Shown here: positions 1 through 15,762 of the stretch, piece after piece | Layout of the letters: each line of letters begins with the position of its first letter | Numbering within the stretch: the first letter of the stretch is position 1 | The notes under the pieces: model-generated | Database searches by the model: none | What the model saw: the letters and a program-made list of their open reading frames with translations, nothing else | What the model was told of the DNA's origin: nothing | Made by a program: the position numbers and the translations under genes | Assembly: GCA_964016885.1 (NCBI GenBank) | Contig: CAXHJY010001624.1 | Coordinates: forward strand, 1-26,178 | From: Eledone cirrhosa | Lineage: Eukaryota | Reading direction: 5' to 3' | Length of the DNA stretch: 26,178 bases

Positions 1-5373
<5,373 letters not shown>

Positions 5374-7369
5374 CGTAGATAACGATTTCCATATTTCGGA
5401 TTGTTTATTTAGGATTCACTGAAAATGTTTTATAATATATAACGATTAGGTCCAGATTTATATCTACGATCCTGTATTTTCGTTGTGGTGGCTACCATGG
5501 CCGTAGTTTTTCATTTGCCACACCTTTGACGTATGTTTATTACTCTGAGATTTAATTTATCGATTATCGGTATATTCTTATTGAGTGCTTCGTGCAAATC
5601 TTCCGAAGAATATTCATTCGAGAGATGCTAGCCGTTGTTGCTATTTCGATTTCACTAACCCATATATATATATATATATATATATATAATGTAGTCTATA
5701 GATAGATATTACTATTATCATGTTACTTTTGATTTGTAGATGCAACGCAATAACACAATTCGAAAGTTTAAAAGCATCACCATACATATGATGCCAGAAC
5801 AATTCCTTTTATCAAAGTGGTCCTCGTAGGATGATAAAGAGAAATATCATGATTCCTATAAGACTGTACAGGCTACCTACTATAAAAGATAACAGCAACA
5901 TAAACAAAGTGGGAAAATATCTGATAATTTATGCATACTGCACTTTTAGGTTAGATGTGGGATTATGTAATTAAACTGAACTGACATATCGTTCTCAGTG
6001 GATTTTTATTTATCAGTGATTTCGAGCAACGGTGAAATACTGTTTATTGCTATAAGAGTCGAATAAGCATTTCAGTGTCATTATTGTAAAGAAAGTTGTC
6101 CCGAGACGTATACGAAGAATAGAACTTGTATTGGTGGTGTAAGAATTCTATGAAAACCACCAGTTTCTCTGCGTATAGGTTTTCCTTCTTTGGGCCAACG
6201 ATTTTGTCCAAAGGAAATGCGGGGGCCAGTTTAAAGACGTAGAATAATCGTTTCATGATGCATGACTAAATTAAATAAATCACATGTTAAATAAAATTCC
6301 AAATCAAAAAAGATTTATATAGTGAATACAATGCAGTAATATCTTTGGCATTTTTGTCAGCCTTGTATTGCATTGAAACTGATATAGAAATTAAAACAGA
6401 AATACCGTATATGATCTTTAAAGTTTACGATGTACTTTAAAGATATATCTAGAGTTCCGACAAGCAATACACTTGATTCTCTTTTTAATATAAGAAATGC
6501 TAGCTATATATACAAAATTTAAATTTTATAAATAGATTCATAAACAGCTGTGCGTTGAAACTTTAAATTTCGGATGAAACGTGTATAGTTTTGTTAATAT
6601 ACGTTGCAAGAGATATATTTTCATTGCGAAATTTCTTCCCTTAGTTTGTTTGCCAAATTCTGTTTCTTTTCGTCTACTTTGTGCGTGTGCATTTCTTCTT
6701 TGTCAAATGTAACTTTATATCAATAAACTCTAGCCTACTTTTTTGTCGATTTTAATGTTTGCATGTCTTCACTAGCACCTGCTTACATTTGTTGCAGCAG
6801 ATTTCTGTAATCATACACTATTTGTCTGTCCAACAGGTTCATATCCATTATTACTAATTTTCAATTACAAATATAGAATTCAACTTCATATATAAAAAAT
6901 ATATTATGATTCTATTCTTTTCTTTACATGTTTAGAAAATTCAGGAAAAGAATGTTAAATGTGTCTTACACACCTGTCTAATATGAATGCAATTGAGCAT
7001 CTTTATAGGAAAATGCATAAAATAAACACGCTACAGGCGTGTGCGTTTCTATGTGGGTGTTTGGCTATGCGCCTAACGCTCTGTGTATTTGTGTGCATTT
7101 ACGTTTGTACATTGCTATGTATAGACATGTCTGTCTTTGGATGTTTGTATACAGGGGCCAAATGCTTGAGTCATTGTTTTATTTTTGTTGCTGCATTTTT
7201 TCTTTGGCTGATCATTCTGAATCAGGTTGTTTTAATACTGATAATTAATACTAGCCGTGGGTTATATGCAAACGACTGTCTAAAAATATATTAATTCCAA
7301 ACTATAAACTGTCAGCTTATTCTTATATACGCCTCCAATCTGAATCGTGATTAGCTTCTACTATAATTT

Positions 7370-7409
7370 TCTCTCTCTCTCTCTCTCTATCTCTTTTTCT
7401 ATATATATA

Positions 7410-7440
<31 letters not shown>

Positions 7441-7620
7441 GGGGGGAATGATAGAGAGATCTGTTTATACATTGTATTGTATTCACACACACACATATAT
7501 ATATACAGATATATGTGTATATATGTGTATAATTAAAATGTATATATATCTATGTATATATACATTTTAATTATATATATATGTATATATACACACACAA
7601 ATACATTTATATATGTGTAT
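7370..7620. repeat. Compound microsatellite (CT)n-(TA)n-(GA)n plus CA/TA/TG repeats
   Basis: Direct reading. Includes a 21-bp perfect inverted repeat at 7528-7548/7555-7575. Confidence 0.9.
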
Positions 7621-8326
7621 TCATGACAGTGTATACTTAAATGTGTGTATTTATTTTAAACATGTTCTTTGTTGCCTGCGTGAAGACTAATAAATATTTT
7701 GGGAAACATAATTCCCTAAAGAGTAGGCTAAATATATTAATCCCAATAAATAATTATACTTTAAATAGTCTATACCAGATGACTTTATCATCCTCTCTGG
7801 TTTCATGTTTTAATTTAGTAACTAATACTTAAATAAACTAAAAATTAAAGTAACAAACAAAACAAAACATTTTACTTTGTAAACTTTCTACTGCATGATA
7901 TAGTGAGCTGGAAGGAAAACATTCTTCTTGTCAAAAAACTAGAATGGAAAATGTATTTTCCATTTATAGCTAGTGGTTTTTCAAACACTTTTTTCTCTAC
8001 TTTCAATTACTTCTTTTATATACAAGTATTGTATTAATATTGCTAAAATAATGTTATTATTATTGATAGTATTCTAGTAATACACCAACATCACGATCAT
8101 TACGATTATTATTATTGATGTTTCTGAATTGGCAATAATCAGATTCATCAACGTTGTGTATGTAGACAGCTATACATACATAGATACATACATACATAAA
8201 CACACACACAAACATATATATATCTATATATATCTATATAGGGAGCACTCAACGAAGATATAAGTTCCGGAGTTATAATATTGACGAAACATAAGTCAAT
8301 TGCATAAAACTCATAATCCTTTATTT

Positions 8327-8382
8327 ACTGCTATATATATTTCGACGATAGCCATTGAATGGCTATGACCTCATCAGTCAGT
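8327..8382 (-). ncRNA. Hammerhead ribozyme copy with damaged stem I
   Basis: Mirror copy of 8483-8536. The core is intact (TCATCAG 8371-77 and TTTC 8340-43 on +), but the 8 nt CTATCTGC that supply the 5' strand of stem I are missing. Confidence 0.55.
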
Positions 8383-8482
8383 TCTTAGATATGCCAGCTC
8401 TGTGTGTATAGTGTTGATGGTATCAGGGCCTTGGAACATCAACACTATACACACAGAGCTGGCATATCTAAGAACTGACTAT

Positions 8483-8536
8483 CTGCCTGATGAGGTCATA
8501 GCCATTCAATGGCTATCATCGAAATATATATAGCAG
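8483..8536 (+). ncRNA. Minimal type I hammerhead ribozyme
   Basis: Stem I CTGC (8483-86)/GCAG (8533-36); core CTGATGA 8487-93; stem II GGTcATAGCCAT-tca-ATGGCTATcATC (11 of 12 pairs); GAAA 8521-24; palindromic stem III TATATA; predicted cleavage after AUA at 8532; AATAAA at 8539-44. Confidence 0.8.
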
Positions 8537-8759
8537 TAAATAAAGGATTAAGAGTTCATGCAATTGACATATGTTTCGTCTCTCTCTCTCTCTCTATATA
8601 TATATATTGTGTGTGTGTGTGTGTGTATCTGTAACTGTGTATGCATGAATGTATATGTGCATTACTCAAGATAAAAAGGTATATTTTAACTAGTGACTAT
8701 ATATATATATTTACATCAGCTTCATAAAATTCCTCTACATATTTCTCTACTCTTAACCA

Positions 8760-9640
8760 TATCTGCCATCTCATGATTGTATTGCTGACCATTTCCTTGC
8801 AATGAAGTCAAGCTATACGTTTGCGTCCCTCTCAATCGCTGCAGTATTTAAACTTCGCTTCAAATCCTCCCAGCAGAACCACGTGATATACTTCAAAGCT
8901 ATTGAGATTGTCATCTATTAATGTATCATATTAGAGGGCGGTGGATTGGCAGTATCGGTAGAGGGTCTGACGCCATGCTTTCCAATATAGTTACATCCCT
9001 TTACTGGGTAATTGCTGGCCTTGTGCTTAAATAGAAACAATTAATGTATCATATTAGTATCGGGCAATTCAGTGGGATCCTGTCCAATACTTGAGAGTTT
9101 TTCACTTTGTGAGTCCTGGGCAGCTCTAATATCCGGTGGTAGCCCTACATATCAAAAGATTCTACCTTTCCTATAATATCCCTAGTCACTTGCCATACAT
9201 CGAAAACATAATGGGATATCAACCTAACATAAGCTCTAAATAACCTAATCTTCGTAAAACTATTGACGTTATTCCTCTTTAGGTTAGTATTCTGCAAGGA
9301 TGCGTGATTCCGTATTGGAATTTCACCGATATCATGACCATCAACATAACTCTTAAATATCTAAATATCTGCACGCATTTCTTCCCATTTACTTCAATGA
9401 TCTGCTGCATCGTAGTGTCATCGTTTTTATCCATAATCATAAATTTCGATTTAGAGATATATGCTGTAATGTTAAATTCTTGCGCAATCCGTAATAGTTC
9501 TCCAAGTGTAGTTTTCCGAGCCATTTCATTATCGGCAGCTCTTGCGATATCGGCTCCATATATAATACGATTAATGGCCGTATCACCTCCACAGATAGCG
9601 TGATCACTTTCTAATGTACAAAACACCCATATATGCCTTC
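8760..9640 (-). mobile_element. Decayed non-LTR retrotransposon (RTE-like LINE), C-terminal reverse transcriptase region
   Basis: Minus ORF 9279-9626 has INRIIYGADIA (degenerate YADD), SKSKFMI and IEVNG..V..FRYL. After a frameshift my translation gives TKIRLFRAYV...VW...KVESFDM*GYHRIL...KVKNSQVLDR. Beyond the SINE it gives ISRGSAG and RLRGTQ, resembling RTE C-termini. The left boundary is approximate. Confidence 0.82.
8935..9039 (+). mobile_element. Internally deleted tRNA-derived SINE with perfect 18-bp target-site duplication
   Basis: A-box-like TGGCAGTATCGGT. Its 5' and 3' parts match the copy at 15033-15207. TSD ATTAATGTATCATATTAG at 8917-8934 and 9040-9057. Confidence 0.88.
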
Positions 9641-9849
9641 TGGCGTTTGTATAGTATAAAGATTTTATATAGATATTTCAGGTTCACTCACTGTTTTAAC
9701 ATTGCTAAGTAAAGCTGAAAATTATCTACTAAATTAAAAGGCTTTCGACCATAAATTAATGAATGCATGCGTGCCTGTATATGTGTGAATGAGAGTGTGT
9801 TTCATTATGTGTCCATACCTTACTTACAAGTAATAGATCAATCCAAGAC

Positions 9850-9940
9850 GATAGCAAAAGGCACATCCTGAAGTTCTCATGCATTGGGACTCACAACGAT
9901 CCAATCTGTTGCGAACGCATGTACCACAGAAGCATGCGTG
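9850..9940 (-). mobile_element. Possible highly diverged tRNA-SINE head
   Basis: Minus strand reads CGCATGCTTCTGTGGTAC...GTTGTGAGTCCC...GATGTGCCTTTTG, loosely similar to the head and core of the SINE at 17701. Confidence 0.3.
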
Positions 9941-11836
9941 CACCTATATGTTAAAATCCTGCCAAGTTTTACTTAAATCGCATTAAAATGTATTTATCTG
10001 CTTGGGTATATTAGTTCATAACCACCCATTCAGAAGTCCTGAATATTATAGTTAATACTTCAAGTCGATGAGATAATATTTGTGACAATTTATAATGTTC
10101 TTTGTGAATTGATTTGATTTGCATAAATGACGATACAAATACTAAGTCTCTTCCATTATCACGTTGTTTTAGATCAGCCCTGAGTAATGTTACCTGATGT
10201 ATTTTAGTTCATATACATTCTGTATTTCCGTATTTACTGTTAGCGGAGTGACTTTTTCTTCTATTTTAAAATGCTGATTTGGGGGAATTTATGATCATCA
10301 TATTTCTAATTCCACAACTTCTCCGTGGGCATATCCTACAGGGTACGCAAATTCCATCCCTATATGGGCAATTCCTATAAATGTAAGTCTTGCTCTATAT
10401 GTTATTTCCCCTCTGATGTGTATCGAACACTCTTGTGCCTTTTGTTGTAGAGTTAATCACATCCACATTTTCTATTTGGTTACATCATCTAAAACTATAA
10501 ATGCGGCATATTCTTATCAAGTAGTTTTACCTGAATGTTGTCAATTCTGCATTGGCTTCTTTCTGAGCTTTTCCTTTTCATTGTGAACGATAAAATGTTT
10601 GTAAAACTAATAATAAAATAGGATAATATATACATAAACGCACATTCACACACACACAGTCTAACAAACAGTGAGTGGATGTGTGTCGGAGTATCTGTGC
10701 GCTTGTGAGTTTGCATGCCCTTCTCTGTATCTATATTTCTAATTCTCTTCTAATCTTCTCTGTGTAATTCAACACGGATTTGGGGGAAGATTACCGTGTA
10801 TGTTATTTGAAGAAATAGGAATAAACACACAGATATGTGTAACGTATGTAATCAAACGTTGGAGAAACTTGTTTCAGACATAATCAGAGTGATGCTAGAA
10901 AGCAACAAAGAGAAATGTTTGCTTACCATAATGGGAATTGATAATGTTAGATTGTATGTTCTGGACAATTTAGATAGTCTATGTTGTCTGAATTGTAAAT
11001 AAGTTTTAATAGAAGGTGCTGGAGCTTCTGACGTAATCGGCGACATTGATATGCTAGGAAACATAGAGATTTTGTTAGCTAGGATATTGTCGTGAGATAT
11101 CGTCCTATACAATTAACTATTGAAGAATTTATATTGAATGTGAGCGTCACATTAATTGAATAATGAATAAGAACTTGATATTGAATTGAATAGTGAAATA
11201 AAAATGCGATTATAGAGGGGAAACTTGATTAGATTAGACTGAGACAGTATTTAAATGATAATAAGTAGGGGAATGAAGAGATTGAGGAGATCGAGTTGAA
11301 AATTGGATATGTTAGATGGAGTACACAAAATATATTTCGTCGGTATATTTATAACGAAAACAAAAGTAGAAAGATAGTGTTGACTATTAAAGCTGAATTG
11401 GTATGTAATGATTGAGTAATATCACATGATAAATAAGTGTATGGATAGATCGAGAAAAGAGGAGGCGTATGGAAAATGAAGTGTACACTGAAACAAGAGT
11501 GGTATGGTGAAATAGTGAGGTTTGAACTTATGTGCATAGCATATGCAATATGAAATGCTTACAGTAAGTCATTACTATTTGGTGGCGGTAGAAATTGTCA
11601 TTGGTGTACATGTTGCATAGAATATTTGCTAAGGGATACATTTGATAACATTTGGTCGTTTGAACTGATTCTATTTCTAGTGGCAGGACATTGACCTGTC
11701 CGCCCAGCCTTTTGTGTTTACACACGGCACTAGGCAAAATTGTTTCTTTCCTCATTCACTCTCATTCGGGAACAGTTTTGTATGGCGCCAGTTTGTGATT
11801 TGAACTGGCAAATTTTATATTATCCGAGCGAGAAGA

Positions 11837-11920
11837 GCCTTCTGACGAGATTCCCCTTCTCAATGGAAATCCGCTCGGATTATCTGTTTATTTTGGGATT
11901 TGAAACCGCGTGGTAAGGGC
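11837..11920 (+). ncRNA. Type I hammerhead ribozyme with large loop II
   Basis: Stem I GCCTT (11837-41)/AGGGC (11916-20); CTGACGA 11842-48; stem II GATTCCC (11849-55)/GGGATTT (11895-901); GAAAC 11902-06; stem III ACC-gcgt-GGT; predicted GUA cleavage at 11915. Confidence 0.82.
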
Positions 11921-12569
11921 ACATATAGTAAGTACAGCGAACTTTTAAACATTTATTTAAAAACTTTTTCTCTATTTGTTAGATCTTGATTTTATATGTT
12001 CTGGCTTGTTAATTTATTAACCTGCCACAGAACCACATTGGCATACGGTTGGATAATACTTGTATCCCTATATGTATTTTTTACACGTAGGAACACATAT
12101 TATATATATATATATAAAAACACACAAATTAAAAAAATGTGAAAACAAAACAATGCATTAGAACAAAATTGAATCGCTGAGATGACAAAAGAATCTTATC
12201 TAAGCAAGTTTAATTATCCCAATTATTTTCTGGTTAAAAACCCATTGTCGAGGGAGTAACCCTATGAGAGACTTAAATAGTCGATCGGATAGACAAAGCA
12301 GAAGTAATTTAAATGAAATGAAAAGACGTTAAAATGTCGAATGTGCGCGTTGTGAAATGTATGATATATGCATGTGTGTGCGTGAATGTAAGTTTATATA
12401 GTGAAAGGTGTGTGTGAATCTGTATATAATAAAACGGGAAAAATATGTGTGCGATATATGTATGTGTGTGTTTACCTAGTGAGGACAGATTTAATTTGAA
12501 AGAAAGAATGAAACTGGTCGCGGGGATGTTGTAACACATGATTTTAAATTAGCCATTCTGGTGCACATC

Positions 12570-12767
12570 ATATAGTCTATCAAAGTTCTTTCATCACGCA
12601 CCTGTGACATCATCAGTAATATTATGTTTACTCCCATTGTATTGTAAAGTCTACGCCATTTTAATGTCATATTCTTTAAAATGAAGTAGACATTAACATA
12701 CAACGCGAGGAAACATAATAGTACCACTGATGATGTCACAGATGCGTTATGAAAACTTAGACTATAT
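12570..12767. repeat. Diverged ~200-bp palindrome (two ~95-bp arms, 11-nt loop) bearing outward-facing hammerhead motifs
   Basis: Arm correspondences: ATATAGTCTA/TAGACTATAT, CTGTGACATCATCAGT/ACTGATGATGTCACAG, TATTATGTTT/AAACATAATA, GTCTAC/GTAGAC and CATTTTAA/TTAAAATG around loop 12665-12675. Confidence 0.9.
12578..12621 (-). ncRNA. Minimal type I hammerhead ribozyme (extra U after CUGAUGA)
   Basis: Minus strand reads TATTA CTGATGA T GTCAC aggtgc GTGAT GAAA GAAC TT TGATA. Stems I and II pair, with G-U pairs. Stem III is very short and no longer palindromic. Confidence 0.6.
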
Positions 12768-13006
12768 ACTGTATATATATGTATATCAATCTGTATTTTT
12801 AACCGTTGGTCAATCAGTGAGGAACAATGTTTGACAGATAAATTAACTATGGACATATAAAGATAAAGAAGTGAAAACCTATCCAAATGAAATAGGCAGA
12901 GTATTTTATTATTATTATTATTTCTGGCAATATTATAACAATATGACCCTACCCAAATATAACAATATTGTTTAAACACACGATTTCATATCAAAACCTT
13001 GCAAAG

Positions 13007-13048
<42 letters not shown>

Positions 13049-13051
<3 letters not shown>

Positions 13052-13320
13052 GGTGTCCCAAACAAATTGACATCATTCTGCAGGCCAATAATTTTGGCAA
13101 TTCTTGTTGAAATAACCTCAAATGTTCACGGAATGTATAGAAACAGATCAAGATTTTAAATTTCATGTTTTATATTTTTGTCTTTTCAGATTGAGAAATG
13201 CCGTTCACTTCCAAAGAAAAGTCATTTTGCGTCTTGGAATATGCTCGAACACAGTCACCGAAGATCGTGCAGCGTGCCTTCAATGCAAGATTTGGGGAAA
13301 AAGTCACCAACTTGCAAACA
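13049..13320 (+). mobile_element. Tc1/mariner DNA transposon 5' fragment (terminal repeat plus start of DUF4817-type HTH transposase)
   Basis: Begins TA|CAGGGTGTCCCA at the end of a (TA)n run. An acceptor-like TTTTGTCTTTTCAG precedes ATG 13198. Peptide MPFTSKEKSFCVLEYARTQSPKIVQRAFNARFG is typical of mariner-like N-terminal HTH domains. Confidence 0.85.
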
Positions 13321-13625
13321 GTATCCTCAGGATACCCTCATTCGAGGAATCTGGGTTTCCAAACTTGTTCTCCTTACAGACTACTTGGGGCTTCGCAATG
13401 GTTTTTCATGAACTTGCTCGACTTGCTCTTCTGATGTTGATGATAAGCAGCTTTCCTCTTTAAATGTTTGGTACCAGGTCCAACTTTGTTTGCCGGTTGG
13501 TGACTTTTTTCCAAATGTTGCATTGAAGGCACCACGCTGCACAATCTTTGGTGACTGTGTTCGAGCATATTCCAAGACGCAAAATGACTTTTCTTTGGAA
13601 GTGGCTCCTTTGCGCTTGCGCATTT
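13321..13625 (-). pseudogene. Second, inverted Tc1/mariner transposase 5' fragment
   Basis: TSKEKSFCVLEYARTQSPKIVQR...WYQTFKEESCL...EEQVEQV...RSPK*SVRRTSLETQIP. This covers both HTH regions, with an in-frame stop and no DDD catalytic domain. Confidence 0.85.
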
Positions 13626-14752
13626 TTCAAGTCTAGTACATGCTTATTCACTCCCGAGGCAGTGTTTTAATCGCTGTGACCATATAATGATATCAAATGT
13701 TCAAAGGCCCATTCAATGAGCACAAAAAAATGAAAGCATGGAGATTTATTCAAAATGTTTAGTCCTAAGGAGTGTTCATCATATTATATAATCTTCTACT
13801 TTATCTTTTCCCGTTAAAAGTTTGAAAATACATGTAGATTATTTCATGTGTATAAGCTCTTAGAATTTTGAGGAACATATTATTGTTGGTATTAATGTTC
13901 TTTTCCTCTCCGAAGTGTGAGATTTCAGAAATTGAAATGTAAAGACCATTTCAGCTATAAATTCATGAAATGTTGCAGGTCTTATAACTGTAATTCCTTA
14001 GAATACGCCCTCAATTCATTATCCCTATACATTCTGGAAAAGTGAGATAGGTTTTAAAGCATTGTAATAACTCTAGTCGATTTGTTTCTCTTGCTCAGAC
14101 GTAAAAGTGTATACTAGTGCATCTCTTGATATGGAACCAATTAAATTTTGGGAGGAAGAAATAATTATTTAGACTATCACAACGTATTCCGTCTACGTCT
14201 ATGTATTAAACTGACAATTAGTCGTATGGTTTGATTTTAAAATTTACATTAAAGTGTGTGCTGGTATATTAAGGTTTAGTGGATATACTTGATAACTTAA
14301 ACCGCTAAACATCCCCAAACTGCCTTAAAGATTTAGTTTAACATTTTCTGAGAAATGTTTACCTGTGTATTACAACGTAATATTCACACTACCAGATGGA
14401 TTTGATTTTATGCTCAAACATTTATTACGATAGGCAATATAATTAACTGACTTCACTGAATCTTAGAAATTATGTTATACAAGCAATATCAAAATACACA
14501 AAGCAATATCATGAAATGTAATCTGTATAATCTATCGCATAGCCATACAATACTCAACTGCAAGCGCAAAATATCACTGAGCCTCCCTATTCATCCACGT
14601 AATAACAAGGTAGGAAAAATATTGATATTTTCCTAATAAACCCTTCTCTAACGTTATACATTAACAACCATTTAACTTATGTCATAGAAAAATAGCACCT
14701 GGTTACTAATTCAGATGTACTTTAATATGTATGCATGTGTATGCATGTGTAT

Positions 14753-14763
14753 ACACACACACA

Positions 14764-14813
<50 letters not shown>
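14753..14813. repeat. (CA)n microsatellite
   Basis: About 30 CA units with one TA interruption. Confidence 0.97.
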
Positions 14814-14815
<2 letters not shown>

Positions 14816-14875
14816 AATTTACATTAACAGATCATAAGGAAGTAGTAATGTACAGTAATGTATCTATTCATATAT

Positions 14876-14908
14876 GTAGTGAAAGCGCATGGCTTTCTGG
14901 TTAGGGTT
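14876..14908 (+). mobile_element. 5' stub of the SINE family seen at 17701
   Basis: GTAGTGAAAGCGCATGGCTTTCTGGTTAGGG matches GTAGTGAAAGCGCATGACTTCCTTGTTTAGGG at 17701. Confidence 0.7.
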
Positions 14909-15032
14909 CTTGTTAATTTTTAATACGTTACCTCCGTAACTATGTGTGTTTACACTCTTTAAAAATTATCCCCAGTAATTGTATGATATGTTTATTTTAT
15001 ATATATAAACGTCATTCAACTTTTAATTTATT

Positions 15033-15207
15033 TGTTTCTACTTTTGGCACAAGGCCAGCAATTACCCAGTGTATTACTGGAACTTTATTTTATCGACCCC
15101 GTAAGGATGAAAGGCAGTTAACCTCTGCGGGATTTGAACTCAGAATGGCAAGGGCCTTAACTCAATGCGTCAAAGCATGGCGTCCGACCCTCTACCGATA
15201 CAGCCAA
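15033..15207 (-). mobile_element. tRNA-derived SINE (resembles octopus SINEs)
   Basis: Minus strand: A box TGGCTGTATCGGT, B box GAGTTCAAATCCC, conserved central motif GCCTTTCATCCTTACGGGGTCGATAAAATAA, and 3' end GCTGGCCTTGTGCCAAAAGTAGAAAC. Confidence 0.9.
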
Positions 15208-15316
15208 ATGTTAATACATGTTCAGATTTACTACTTTGAGCTTATTCCACAGTTGGTATGGTGTATGCGTCTGATATTGTCACACATGGCATCTTTAATC
15301 TAATTTCGGTAGTATA

Positions 15317-15365
<49 letters not shown>

Positions 15366-15574
15366 TTACTATCTCTAATCCTTCTATAGATTTAGAAAAA
15401 TAACCAATAATATATTCTATAAAAAATGTCAAAACAACAGATAGGAATCTAATTACTCACTGCCACCAAGAATTCTCACTGCTATCGAAAAACCACTCCT
15501 TCAACTATTCTTCTAACAACTTCACCCCTCCCTCCTAATATTCTCTATAAAAACTAAATAGGTCCTCAGTAATA

Positions 15575-15694
15575 TTATTCTGATGAAATGACAGAAAATA
15601 ATAACATTGAAATATTGAATGTCTGCATAACTAAAAGTTTGTAGATAGCAGCTGTTTTAGGTTATGTAACTGTTATAGAAACACGTGTCAATAA
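15575..15694 (+). ncRNA. Type I hammerhead ribozyme with ~90-nt branched stem II
   Basis: Stem I TTATT/AATAA; CTGATGA 15580-86; stem II aATGACAG/CTGTTATa (first pair A-A mismatch); inner hairpin CATAACTAAAA/TTTTAGGTTATG; GAAAC-ACGT-GTC 15678-89 with palindromic CACGTG; AATAAA 15690-95. Confidence 0.75.
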
Positions 15695-15762
15695 ATTCCT
15701 TTCAACTAAACTGTATCCATTCAAATCTTTCTATATATATATATATATATACACCAAAGAAG

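Larger units (their letters stand above)
8283..8580. repeat. Long inverted repeat (137/144-bp arms, 17-nt loop), probably an inverted Penelope-like terminal repeat fragment
   Basis: 8283-8419 is the reverse complement of 8437-8580 with a few substitutions, a 1-nt indel and an 8-nt indel. Each arm carries a hammerhead core followed by AATAAA. Confidence 0.93.

Noticed and set aside
5593-5641. CCGAAGA...CGAGAG...GCTAGC hammerhead-like string
   Set aside because: Both core halves are mismatched and the stems are unconvincing.
6959-7294. 111-aa hydrophobic, Cys-rich ORF
   Set aside because: Composition is explained by degenerate TG/T-rich sequence, and no motif was recognised.
9764-9951. GCATGCGTGC...TATATGT direct repeats as a target-site duplication
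   Set aside because: Imperfect, low-complexity purine-pyrimidine alternation, and the second copy overlaps the putative SINE head.
12491-12979. 162-aa minus-strand ORF
   Set aside because: No recognisable domain. It spans a palindromic ribozyme-bearing repeat and simple repeats.
14944-15303. 119-aa ORF, and likewise the ORFs at 17714-18124
   Set aside because: They read through non-coding SINE sequence.
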